Positions 32,228 through 44,086 of a stretch of DNA of 64,000 nucleotides are shown in pieces. Source of the DNA: Microbotryum violaceum (Eukaryota); contig CDLV01000007.1 in NCBI GenBank assembly GCA_001244265.2, positions 124,001 to 188,000 of the forward strand, given 5' to 3'. The position numbers and the translations under genes are program-made. A model generated the notes under the pieces. The model had not been told where the DNA came from, ran no database searches, and saw nothing but the letters and a program-made list of their open reading frames with translations. Each line of letters opens with the position of its first letter. Position 1 is the stretch's first letter.

Positions 32228-33339
32228 TGCTGTGACGTGGGAGAGTCGAGGAGGTAAAGTACTGGAAAAAGGGGGTTACTTCGAAGATAAAAGGTGGCCG
32301 GCTCTGCGGCTCTGGGCAATCGGCAAAAGCTAGCTGCTCAAAAAATAGGGGAAGCGGGGGGCAGGGGGCGGCTGGACGTTGGGAGGTATGATGTCTGATG
32401 AGTTTGAAGGAGAGAGAGAGGATGAAAGCACAAGTTGAGACATTGATTAAGAATGGTAGATTAAGCAAACGACTCTACGTCGTACCACGGGGGGGGGGGG
32501 GAGCGAAGCCCACGAAGGCCGCTGCGCGCTGCGCCTTGGCGACTTTTTACTTTCGCGTGGGCATGGGCCTCGTGGGGACATGTTAACACCGAGTCGGGCA
32601 ATGATCTCCTAGGATATCTTCTCGATCAGCTCCGCTCAGCACTCGCTGTGTTTGGCAGTCGACTGACCTTACAGAAACGGCTTTTCCCGAAGCACATCAC
32701 CAGCAGGTCGTCGGTCACCACGTCGGCGTTTGTTGGAATTCACAAACAGTCAGCTCGGGCTCATTGCGACTCACCATTTATTTGGTCGCAACATCCTAGC
32801 GAGGCGAAAACACCTAGCGCGATTTCATAGTTCTCTCAGACAATGTCGACGTGAGCTCAGCAGCCTCAGCCCCTAGCGCCCTATTGGAAGAGGCACGGAC
32901 CTCCTTGCTAGCCGGGTCCGAGGCGAACCCGGCTCAGGCACCAACCAGGTGGCTCTCGTGCCTTGAGGTGACTTCTAGCGTCGAGTACTACGATTAGCAT
33001 CCGATGGGCTCGCTCATTGCACAAGAAACGTATTCCAGTGTTGAAAAATGAACCAACTGACCCGCGGCGTTAAAGAGAAAGCCTGAAACGATGAACACCT
33101 CAGACTCACGATCTTGACCCGGGCCCATCACCGAACCTTCGTGAACCCTTGGCCAGAGGAAATCGCATCGCACACCCCTGACCTGGGCCCAGCGGCAATC
33201 TGAACGTTCCGCTACGACCCCGAGGGCATTTTGATAAGACCGTACTTTTAACGTTCATTTTCATAAGCTTTAGCTGCCGCTCAATCGCTGTCTTTTAATT
33301 CCATCAAATTTCCGGCTTTTTCCTGAGAGCAACGGAGTG

Positions 33340-33620
33340 CAAGCGCGTGGTTTTGGTTGACATTGCTTCTACAGCAGAGCTCCGCCTGACACGCGGGGCG
33401 AGGGCTGGCGTCTGTCACGTGATGCGGCGCGCGTGTCATTCCGGCAGTCGACTAGCGGCCTTAGGGGCTGAACAACAAGCCACACCCGTAAAGCAACCCG
33501 CGCCACTCTCTCTAACCTGTTCTTTTTTCCTCCCACTCTCATCGATTTTTGTTCACACTCACTCAAGGAGAAACCCTCGTCACTATGCCCCGGTCCCAAG
33601 GTCCCAAGGTCGCCAGGGCA
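33340..33620 (+). mobile_element. Helitron 5'-region fragment
   Basis: Inverted homolog of ~36265-36525 and homolog of ~16797-17020 (caagcgcgtgg..cttctacag..ttaggggctgaacaac..). Confidence 0.7.
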
Positions 33621-34280
33621 GATCGGCAGGTCCATTAAGCCAGGCAAATGAACTCGTGCGCGCACGCGCGATAAGGCAGCTTTTCTGTTTTTTGGCCCGA
33701 GGGGAGCTTGGTAGAGGGATGGTGTACCATTGCTCCCCCCTCCTCGCCGACCCCGGCATGGTGCACCTCTCTGGGCGTCCCACGAGCCGTGAAGCGTAGC
33801 TTATTAGCTAATCGGTGTTAGAGTTATCCTTATGGACAATACCAATCTTCCTATACCAATGTTCCCAAGAGTCGAATTCGGAACCGAAATGCGATATAGC
33901 TGTTGTACCCAATACCGCCTGCTGACAAGATGGAGGAGACAACCAAGCATGCACAGGTAAGACAGCTGCTGTATTGACCTTCTGCCCCCTCCCCCTCCCT
34001 CCTAACTTTCTGCTTCTCTTCACTCACTACTTACTACCCCTTTTTTTTCTTCAATAGAATTCAACAACAGTACAATTATAACATTACCTAAAAACCATGG
34101 AAAAGTCGGAGAGAATGCAGTTGAGCACACTGACTAGGCCAGCTTCGGAGCTTCGGATCTCGAAGATGGGAGTTTCCTTTTGCCGAGTCATATTGGGCCC
34201 TACTGGGTCTTAAGGGTATTGATGGTATTGAGACAAAAGAGCTTACTGGTCACTTGCTGTTCATTAGATTCAAAAAAAAC

Positions 34281-36800
34281 CCAGTGGGAACCCGTTAAAT
34301 TAAAGGGAGGATGAAATTCAAAAAATAGCAGGATAATCGAACAATCTACATGATATCAGCGCAGAGGTTAAGACAATACGAAATACAGCAAAGAAACAAA
34401 ATCCCTTCATCTTACATTCATTGCCGAAACAGCCTGCATGTCGCTTGTTGCCGGACTTGGCTTCAAACACTCGTGCAATGAGATCCGGGCGGTTGCATGC
34501 TTTATCGGCCCCAGTGCAGCCTTGATTTCCGGTGAGTCGGGGTCGTACGTCATCGTGATGAGCAGCGGAGGCTTTCCATGTTTGACAACGCACGCCATCG
34601 CATCCTGGTATTGCTGCGTGATGTCGCGATTTGGTTCGGGGTCAAGCCGTTGATGCCTTGGGTCGTGGTGAGGCGTAGGTTCTCTTGATGTAACCGGATG
34701 TGTTGAGTCAATCGGTCTTGACTTGGGAGTACATCCGCAATTCACGAACTCCAGGAAGGGACGTTGGGTGCAATGCGGGATTGAGAAGTGCTAGTCGCGT
34801 TTGGCAAGTAGTGCGCAAAGAATTGTCAACGCGAGACTCGCCACCTCGACCCCTTTACTTAAACCTTCGTCCTAGGTGTTCAAAAGTTCAATGTCAGTCT
34901 GTGCTTGCGCCTTCGGCAGAATGGAACATCAGAGAAAGAGCCGAAGACGCGTAAGTTCGCCATCACTATCCTCTTCGTCCCCTTCCTCGCCGTCTTCATC
35001 CTCATTGTCGCGGTCTTCGTCCTCCTGTTCGTCTTCGTCATCCAGACCGAGACCGGCAAGTACCTCGCGCAATTGGACACCATTGTCGATCTGCTCTCAG
35101 TTTCTGGTGATTGGCGGCCTGGCTTGGTAGAACCCCGCAAAGAGGAATGCTGGGGTGGAAGCCATCTTCCCTGCAGGAAAAAGTAGTGGGTAACGGAGAG
35201 GCATCGCGGACGGATGGAGCGAGCTAACGATTTGGTACTGGGGCCGACCATCGGGACATCGATCACCGTACACCTGGAGAATAAGGTCTTGCGGTCCACG
35301 ATCTCCCGTGTTGGTGTCGGAATCGCAGATAAGCATCGCCATTTCCGTGCTCGACGTAGGAGGGTTGTGGGTGCGTCGGTCCCGGCCTGGCGCGAGGCAG
35401 AGGCGCAGGATCCACTCTTTGGCCGTATCCCAACCTGCGCGAGGTTTGGCCGATGCGAACTCCCTCACAAAGTGGTTCTTGGTACGCAACATGGACTCGA
35501 GCTTGGTCAGAGTAGATCGTTGCATGTGACTGTCTGCGCCGTCGGGTCCAAGTCGAGTGTCGGTGGCCTCGGCCGGGTCGATCAGCCATGTTTGAGCAAA
35601 GGCTGGGCGTTGATTCACGGCAGGGATCAGGGCGCCGAGTCGATGGTAGAGGCGACCAAACACGCGAAACACGGGGGGTCCTAGCGTGCCCACTTGAGTT
35701 TGGTCCCAGAGGGCAGCGAGCGAAGTGAACGACAACGCGTTGTTGTACGATCGGGCGTTCTCGCGGAACGCTTTAGCTTCTGTGTGCGTGGGAAGATTGC
35801 CGTGGAAATATCGTCGCACAGTTCAGCATGTGGGTCTACTGCAGACGAACGTTGTTGGACGGAGCAACTGACCGCTATCCGAGCCTTGAAGAAGCTGCCG
35901 ATACTCGAGATTGGGCTGGGGAGGGGGAGGTAGCCGCACCTTGCCCTGCGAAAACGTGGGGCTTGAGGGGTTTGAGCGCGATTCGAGCCCGGCGCACTCG
36001 CCTTTGCGGGGGCGAGCCCAGCGTCGAGTTGGCCATCGCGCTGACCACGCTGTCCGTTCTGCACAGCTGCACGGCGGGCTCGTATACGTGTCGCAATACC
36101 AAGATCGGTTAAATTGTTGTCATGACGCGCCGGGGGGCTGATTCTGTTGATCGGTGCGGGACGAAGAGGAGGGTCGAGCCGCGGGGCGCCCAGCAGCGGG
36201 CGCTCGAGCAGGCCCATGGTACGCTGCCACCCTCGCGCCCAAGAACTTGGCGAGGTTGCGATGGCCCTCCCTGGCGACCTTGGGACCGGGCATAGTAGCG
36301 AGGGTTTGTTCTTGAGAGTGGGAGGGAGAAAGGAAAGGTTCGAGGGAGTGGCGCAGGATTATTTACGTGGTCTGATTCGTTGTTCAGCCCCTAATGCCGC
36401 TGGTCGACTGCCGGAATGACACTCCACCGCCGGCGCACCGCATCACGTGACAAACGCCAGCCCTCGCCTCGCGCGTCAGGCAGAGCTCTGCTGTAGAAGC
36501 AATATCATGCAAAGCCACGCGCTTGCGGTTCATTAAATACCATATGATTGGAAGCATTGTTTTATGTCAGCGAAAAAAAGAAGGAAAATACTGGGAGCGC
36601 TGTAGCTTCGTTGGAACGGCGCGGAAAATACAAAAGTCACCACAGGGCTTGTACATGACTTCTGATCGGAACCCCGACACCACAGGCAGGTGCGGCAGAC
36701 ACAACAGTATGCTGGTAGATCCACCAAAGGCGGCCCGGAGGGCCGCAACCTAGTTAAAAACAGCGATTTTAGGTACATTCCTTAACTCACTTTTTTTTTA
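34281..36800 (-). mobile_element. Non-autonomous, internally deleted Helitron (copy 2)
   Basis: ORF 35097..35819 (FRENARSYNNALSFTSL..GRLYHRLGALIP..FAQ..PLRYPLLFP); YQDAMACVVKHGKP; homology to copy 1 ends at the same hairpin+CTGG (ccag 34281-34284). Confidence 0.85.
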
Positions 36801-38248
36801 CTAGTTAGGGTAAAGTGGCTCACGGTTCGCTCCCGCACTTGGACCTTGGCCCAAGCACATCGACGCGCCGACGCACACTGGGTGACTAAATGCTCCTCGG
36901 ATTTAGTCGGACCAGGTTGATGATTGGTCCTTCTTCTTGTTCATGTTCCTGTTCTTGTTCTTCTGCAATGATTGAGTAGGAGCGATCTTACACCTTGTCC
37001 AAACACGACCTCATCGCTGTCTCTCGCGCCTCGCATATTAACCAATGATCATTTTGTGATTGTTCCGCATCTCGATAGTTGACACAAAGCACACAAGGGG
37101 ACCACACCGGTGACATTTCCGGTAGGACGTCTCAGAATTTGGGTGTGTAGCTCTTCATTCTCACATCACCTGATTGTGTCCTATTCTCTGAAGCGCGACG
37201 TGACTTCTGACAAATCGCACTTTTCACAATGCATGCATGACCAGGGACTTCTCGCTTGACCCTCGGCTGCGCACCCAACGCAGCATCGGACAGTGCAGTA
37301 GAAAGCTGTGGGCAAATTGATGGGCAGTGCAATACAGAGGGGGGCTGGTAAATCTCATGTTCTATCTGCCATGTGAAAACCCGAGTATTCAAGACGTTTT
37401 CGATCGCAATGTTGACCATCGGTGGATTTTCCCCGCGCCGGGTACCCTGACTCAAAAACCTAGTCACTTTCAGTGTCAAAAACCTAGTCACTTTCAGTGC
37501 CACTACAGTACGATCTGGTGAGGACCCTCATTTTTACAAAGAAGACTTCAAGCAAACAGAACCAAGGAGACCGATTGAGATACCACCAGAAGTGTCATCT
37601 GCAAAGGCTTCCTTGGTCGACAGTGGAAACAGTCGGAGGCCAGCAATAGCTCGCAGGCCACTCGTGCACTCTGATGCGAGGAGGAATAGCAGAGTACTAC
37701 GAAGAACAACATCGTGATCCTGACTCAATGATGTTCGTCCAGGTGTATACACCCCACTTTTCTGTCCATGGCTAACTCTGAGCTTCTGTCTTTACGATGT
37801 AACAGTAGTACATGTACCGGTGAGAGCACGCAACAGATCGGGTCACACGGCAGAGAGCACATGAAAGGCGCAGGTGTGATTGGCATCAAAGTCACCTGTT
37901 TCTCAGCACCGGGGCAGATATTATTGGTGTATTGTCAAAATCATTCCTCAACATCAAACTAGAATGAGTTAAATCATACACAAACATCTTGTCAGGGGTA
38001 TTGAGTACGTCGTCATGTATCTGAAATGTCGAGAGTCCAATGTCGACGCAAACGTACAACTGTCTTAGTGGCTGCGTGGCTTAAAGTGGCCAAGACAACA
38101 CCATTGACAAGCACCGGAAAACAGATCGAGTATGGGACCAGTTTAGCCTTAGTTCGAGTACACATTAGAGTGTGGGGGTAAATGGAGTCTGATTATTAGT
38201 GTTGGAATCAACGATGATCCCGAAAATGATCAACAAAAGAAGAAGAAC

Positions 38249-38320
38249 GGCTGGACCAGGAATCGAACCTGGGTCGCTTCCATTCATTAGAAAAGCTTTG
38301 ACCAACTAAACTATCCGGCC
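38249..38320 (-). tRNA. tRNA-like sequence: pseudo-tRNA or tRNA-derived SINE head; identity uncertain
   Basis: 72 nt GGCCGGATAGTTTAGTTGGTC..CCAGGTTCGATTCCTGGTCCAGCC; good A box, B box, T-arm and acceptor stem; anticodon arm mispaired and lacking U33. Confidence 0.6.
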
Positions 38321-38705
38321 ACCTGATATCAGTGTAAGGCCTACTAACACCTTCAACACTTCCCCTTAGACCTTTGCACTGCTGCCAAGCTATTGCGCAG
38401 TCGCTCTCCTGTCTTTGTCTCGACCGAGTTGGGAAGTGACGGCGGGGTGGGCCTCCTGTCGTTAGTAAATCGTTTTATTACTCTTTCTCTTTCTCTCTCT
38501 CTCTTCTTCTCTCTCTCATTCGTCTCCTGGTGGGGAGCAACCGCTTGGCTGGGGCACTTGAATCCCAAGGATCGGATTGGTGGACACCGGCCCGTTTCTC
38601 GCATCTTGCGGGCGGTTTGTGTTATCATCGTCGACTTCTATCTAGTTTTTCCATAGGCCAAATAGGGGGAACAGGAATTGGGGGCAACATAATGAACAGT
38701 TTCTA

Positions 38706-38706
<1 letters not shown>

Positions 38707-38739
<33 letters not shown>
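38707..38739 (+). repeat. 33-nt poly(A) tract, possible retroposed 3' tail
   Basis: Pure A run after ..aacagtttctac. Confidence 0.6.
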
Positions 38740-38742
<3 letters not shown>

Positions 38743-39199
38743 TCGACTCTAAGTCCCAATTGGACTCTGTGTCAAGCTTCTGCGGCAGCTCCGGTAACTC
38801 TGTGCGGCGTCACTGGAAAGATTTGAAAGGTTCTATAATAGATCCTCACTCTTCCCCTTAGAACCTTGCTTTGGCATCTTGCTCTACAGCATGGTTCGGA
38901 GACAGCCGCCCCCTTTCTCTTGTTAACCGACAGACGCTACCATATGGAGTTCTTAAAGACGTTGAGGAAATCGACTCCCTGATCAGCGAAAGCACATCGA
39001 GAAGCGAATGGGGAGAAACTAAGCCGCTTCTGCGCGCGGAGCCTAACAACATCTAAGCAATACCCAATTAGACACTTTCTAATGAATACTGAGCCCAAGA
39101 ATCCCTGGCCTCGCTCTCACTCGCGATCACCGCCTCAACCCAGTTGGCTCCCATTGTGCTCATAGACGAGATCGTCTTCTGTTGCACCAACCCATTCCA

Positions 39200-39659
39200 A
39201 CAGGTCGACTTCCTGAGTTGGAAGGAGTGGGAGTGGAGGAATTGTCCGAGGAGATCGATGAGTGGAAGAACTGAAAAGGCCGAGAGGCTGAGGGCAAGGG
39301 AGGATCACCGTTCTGATTTGGAGGTGACGAGTAAGCTCTAGAGATGTGAGCTCTCTTATAGACTTCAAACAAGCCATAGAGGTGTAATTCAGGTATATAA
39401 TTTTGCACATTCCAGGTGGCACATTCAATTCGACATGGAAACGAGCTTGGACGCCGGACGACCCGAAGGAGCCGAATGGTGACTCGGCGGAGTGAGGAGG
39501 GCTTCGATTATTAAGGAAAGGTCGTTTTGGTGATTTGGAGGAGGGTAGTAGCGGAATGATCAGGTCAAGGTCAGGTACCAGCTGTAAAAAGCGGCACCGG
39601 TCAATTGGGTTGAGGACGCCAAGGTCCTCGCCGAGCAGATCCAGGCCCTGTCCGCGTAG
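39200..39659 (+). pseudogene. Insulysin tail + HYPK 3' remnant + RFA1 tail (second copy of the duplication junction)
   Basis: gtcgacttcctgagttggaagg..gtgacgagtaagctctag, then gcgga|atgatcaggtcaaggtcagg as at 30051. Confidence 0.9.
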
Positions 39660-39827
39660 ACCATAATTCGCTTCGCTTCGTCTTTTCTTTGGGTTTGGCA
39701 TTCAGGGGAGCTTGTGCTAGACTCCTTTCGTTTCTCGTTGCTGGTGTTTTCGAAACTTGTAATAAATAACTAAATAACGTGTGCAACTTCATACATTGGA
39801 TCCGAGCATTATCTAATACCGATTGAA

Positions 39828-41770
39828 TCAGACCATCTCGACCTCATCCATCGATGATGCCGAGGCAGAGCCAAGCGTCGCTTTCGGATCACCGGTCCGA
39901 GTCTGCTGTAGTGTCGCCAGCATCTCCTCCGAACGCACTTCGTCCAACAAGTTGGCATTCGAAATCATGACGCTAGTCGATACATCGATACTAACACCCA
40001 TCAAAGGTTTCTGAATATACGACGTCATGACATTCGTCGTTCTCGTCGTCGTCGTTGTCGTCGTCGTAGGTGGGATAGGTAAGTAAGGCGCGACACGACG
40101 CAACCATTTCGTTAGAGCATTCGAGCCCTCGAGTGATCGGAACAGGATGAGGGTCGCGACCAGGAAGGAAAGGACGGAATTGATCCAGGCGGCGATCAGA
40201 GCTATGGCTTGCACGTCGCCTGTATTACGGATGATGGAAACGGAAACGAAGGCGATACGGAAGGATAAGAAGGTGTTGGAGAGGAGCATGATGGAGATCG
40301 ATGTGGAAACGAGAAAGCGGTTCTTGGCGGCCCATTCGACGAGGGAGGCTTGGGCGCTGTGGAGGGACAGCAGGGTAGAAGCGCGTCAGCTTGCGAGTAG
40401 TCAAAAAGTAGGACAAATCGAATTGCGCCCACAAGAGGTGACCCCTCAGATCAACATCGGCTGTCGCGCCGGAGTCACGGGGTGGAACCGTGGGTGACGC
40501 TTGACTGTCGTCTTCCAGCTTTCTCGGTGAGAACGAGACGACAGGGAGTCCGACTCTCTGACGGAGGTCCCGCGATTGATGCCGCAGATGGGTAATCTCG
40601 ATGACGGCGGCTGAGATGTAGAGCTGTGTGGGACAAGAGTCAAAACCATCGTAAGCTACTGCGAATGGGGGTGAAAGAGCAGCTAAGAGGAAGAGGGAGT
40701 GCACGAACCACCGATGTGATGCCCAGCACGCATCCTATATAGCTGTTGGCGATTTTATACCACTGAGAGAGGCTTCGCATTCTAGCGACGAGTGGAATGA
40801 GGGACTGAAGACTTTGTTCGAGGTTGGAGACGAGCACCGGTTGACCGGGTACCCAAGTCGACGAGAGGTTGCCGAGCGAAGTGCTGATAGCGTCTGCATT
40901 GATGAAAACGACATCCAAATAACGCTCGAGCATTGCGAGCAAAGCGAAGGAGGGAACAAGGGTAACCAGAGCGAACATGGAAGGGAGTGACTGGTACAGT
41001 ATGGATGTGATGAGAGAATCGTCGTGATGCGAGCCGAATTTCCGGATGTAGGAACTTCCAAATGTGGCCCACACTTCCGTCACCTGACCGGCAAAGAGGG
41101 CGAGGGGTAGAGCACATTGGAAACTGATGTACCATGAAGGATATGAGGATCCGGAAACGATCTTGCTTGTTATGACTAGCTCGACGATGCTCACTGCCGA
41201 GAAGAGAATTGATGAGGACAGAAGTAACTTAGCCCCGTCCGCTTGCACTCGTTCGGAAAAAAAAAAAAAAACCCAGATAACATGTCAATATTTGTAGACT
41301 CACAGCAATGGTAGACGAAAGCCCAAAAACTGTTGTGGACCGAAATATTGGGCATCGTGATTCTACAGTCGATTCGACGAAACAGCCAAAAGCGCCCTTG
41401 CCGCAGGCGGAGCACGATGCCAAGCAGTGTGAGCACAACCGAAACGGAGAACAGTCCAACGAGTGTCCATAGTTGTATCATAAAGGCCGGGCCTTCTTTC
41501 GGGTAAACTGCTTCGCGAATGGCTTCAATAGCGATCTGGTAAGGCTCCCTGCCCTCAAGAATCGCTTGGACGATGGGTGTGCCGTCTGCTCCGGCCGAGG
41601 TCCAAGCGCAATGTGTCAACGCCTCAGTCCGGTAAACCAGCCGCAGCCCGTGCCCCTCTTCTGCTCCTCTTCTGCTACTAAGGATACTCACATCTTTTCA
41701 GCCACTCTTGCGAGTCCTCTGGCCCCATCGTCTGGTTGAGCAGCTTTACAATCGCCGGTATCGAATCCAT
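39828..41770 (-). CDS. Orphan 7-TM membrane protein, paralog C
   Basis: MDSIPAIVKLLNQT..SSMDEVEMV*; same 5-exon layout. Confidence 0.85.
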
Positions 41771-42618
41771 TGCTGCGACGGAAGAGTCGCGAAGGTAAAG
41801 TACTGGAAAAAGGGGGTTACTTCGAGGAGAGGTGGCCGGCTGGGCGGCTCTGGGCAATCGGCACGAGCTAGGCGCTCGGACAGGGGGACCGCGTGAAGCG
41901 GCCGGGAAGTGGGAGGTGTGATGTGTCTGCTGAGGTGGAAGGAGAGAGAAGAGGAACGAGAAGAGAAGATGGAAGCTCAAGTTTGGGGCATATATTAAAA
42001 GTGGTAGATCAAGTAAGATATTTTGCGGCATACGCAGGGCGAGGCCCGAGCAAAGCCCACGAAGATCGCCGCGCCTTACTTTTCAATTCAGCGTGAGCAG
42101 GGGCCTCGTGGGGGCATGTCAACACCACATCGGAAGTCGGGCAATGATCCCCATGGGTATCCTTTCGAAGTTCCGGTTAGAACTCGCTGCAGGTTGTATT
42201 GCCACGACTGACTCTACAGAAACGGGATTTCCCGAAGCACATCACATGCAGGTCGTGTGTCACCACGTCGGCGTTTGTGGGCATTCACAACCCGCCAGCT
42301 CGGGCGCATTGCGTCTCACCATCATCTCGGTCGCAACATCCTAGAGAGGCGAAAACACTCAGCTTAATTTCATTGATTTTTCTAGACCATGTCGACGTGA
42401 TCTCAGCAGCCTCAGCTTCTGAGCGCCGAGTTGGAGGAGGCATACGGACCTCCCGGCTGGTGTGATCCGTTGGTGCAAGGTTCGAGTGGGGCCGAGGTGC
42501 CAGCACCGGAGCCCCCGGCGCCGCTGGCCATGGCTCCAGCGCCAAAACCGGCTCAGGCACCTTGGGTATTAGGAGGATTTCGTGTTTTGAGGTGAGTTGT
42601 AGCTTCGAGTACTACGAG

Positions 42619-43378
42619 TGTGAGTCTCGTCGACTCCCCTGACTACTCGCGCGAGTTGTAGCGGAATAGTGGTTCGAGTTGCAGCAAGACAAAGGACAAC
42701 ATTGGCGTATACAAAAGTCAACAAGAACCACGATCAAACGACTGAATCTCAGCAAATGAAATAAAGAACCTCAAAAACCCGGTGAATAGGGACGGTGGGT
42801 GGGATCACAACTCGGAGCTTTGCGACCAAAGCTTCTAGATGTCGGTCGGCTGCAACTGGTGATGGGGAAGTTCATCGATGGGCTCAGCACACCTTTGTGA
42901 CCAGACAAGTCACTGTATAAGGACGGATCGGCGCAGATGGCGCGAGCCTAGGAGGCAAACTTGGGTCTGCTGCAGTGTGAGCTGTGCATTTAGCGTGCTG
43001 CCCAACAAGGGCTACAGAGCTATATGCCCGTACAACTAAGTTGTAGGAATAGAAATGCAGTGTACATGTCACAACAAGCGCAGCGGTATCCAGCCACTCA
43101 CTCTGAGTTACTCATGAGGCGAGCCAGCCTGAGGTCGATGGTTTAAGACGAGCTGCTCGCAGCTGTAAACGTCCAGCAAGACGGAACCCTCGGTCAGCGA
43201 CTTGGTCAGCTGGGAGATAGTCTTGGGAGTGCGTAACGCAGCGGTCCCTACAGGTGGTGAACGCAGCCGCAGAAGAGGAAATATCGACGATGCAGTGATG
43301 AGGCCGATGAGCCCGCGTATGTGGGAAGCACAGCTATAGCAGGCTTTTTTGTGATATAAAGTCTGATTAGACTTCACA
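42619..43378. mobile_element. Probable solo LTR of a second family (760 bp)
   Basis: Termini TGTGAGTCT..AGACTTCACA (TG..CA with short inverted repeat); starts exactly where homology to unit D breaks; no matching TSD. Confidence 0.5.
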
Positions 43379-43509
43379 TATTCGATTATCTACGCAAAAT
43401 CAATGCTTCTTGAAAAGGGGGGCTATAGCGTCAACAGGGGAGAAAGGGTCCGTGCGCGCGAGCCTGAATCGGCGTCAAATCCTTGCAGCAAAAGCCGAAA
43501 ATACCACTG

Positions 43510-43896
43510 CATGCGCTCCTCGTCCAACCACTGCAAGCAGTTGATTGATCAGGATTTGTAAACCTGCAGCTACATCGTCTCGTTTGCAGTCTACGACTTC
43601 ACGAACCAGATCTGGCTCTCTGGCTTCAACGACTCGGACTCGGAGATGAGCCTGCCGCTCTTTGGCCGAACGGCGAACGAGATGCAGCAACTCAGAGAGG
43701 AGAACGAGGACGAATTTCCGATCGTGACCAACAAGGCACTCGGGACCATGTACAACTTCTCCGTCAAGGCCAAGGCCGACTCATTCAATGATCAGGTCAA
43801 CTTCAGGTACCAGTTGCAAAAAGCGGCACCGATCAATTGGGTTGAGGACGCCAAGCCAAGGTCCTCGCCGAGTAGGTCCAGGCCATGTCCGTGTAG
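43510..43896 (+). pseudogene. RFA1 last intron and last exon copy with indels
   Basis: Matches ~24535-24897 ([31 protein letters not shown]); insertions and premature stop. Confidence 0.9.
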
Positions 43897-44086
43897 ATCA
43901 TAATTCGCTTCGCTTCGTCTTCGCTTTGGGTTTGGCATTCAGGGGATCTTGTGCTAGACTCCTTCCGTTTGGCGTTGCTGGTGCTTTCCCGGAACTTACA
44001 ATATACAACGCGTGCAAATTCATACATTTTTCATTGAAGGAGCATATATTTCATATTGAAGGATCCAAGCTCTAATACGGATTCGA

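Noticed and set aside
37454-37501. 24-bp tandem duplication aaaaacctagtcactttcagtg(t/c)c x2
   Set aside because: Only two copies and no context supporting function.
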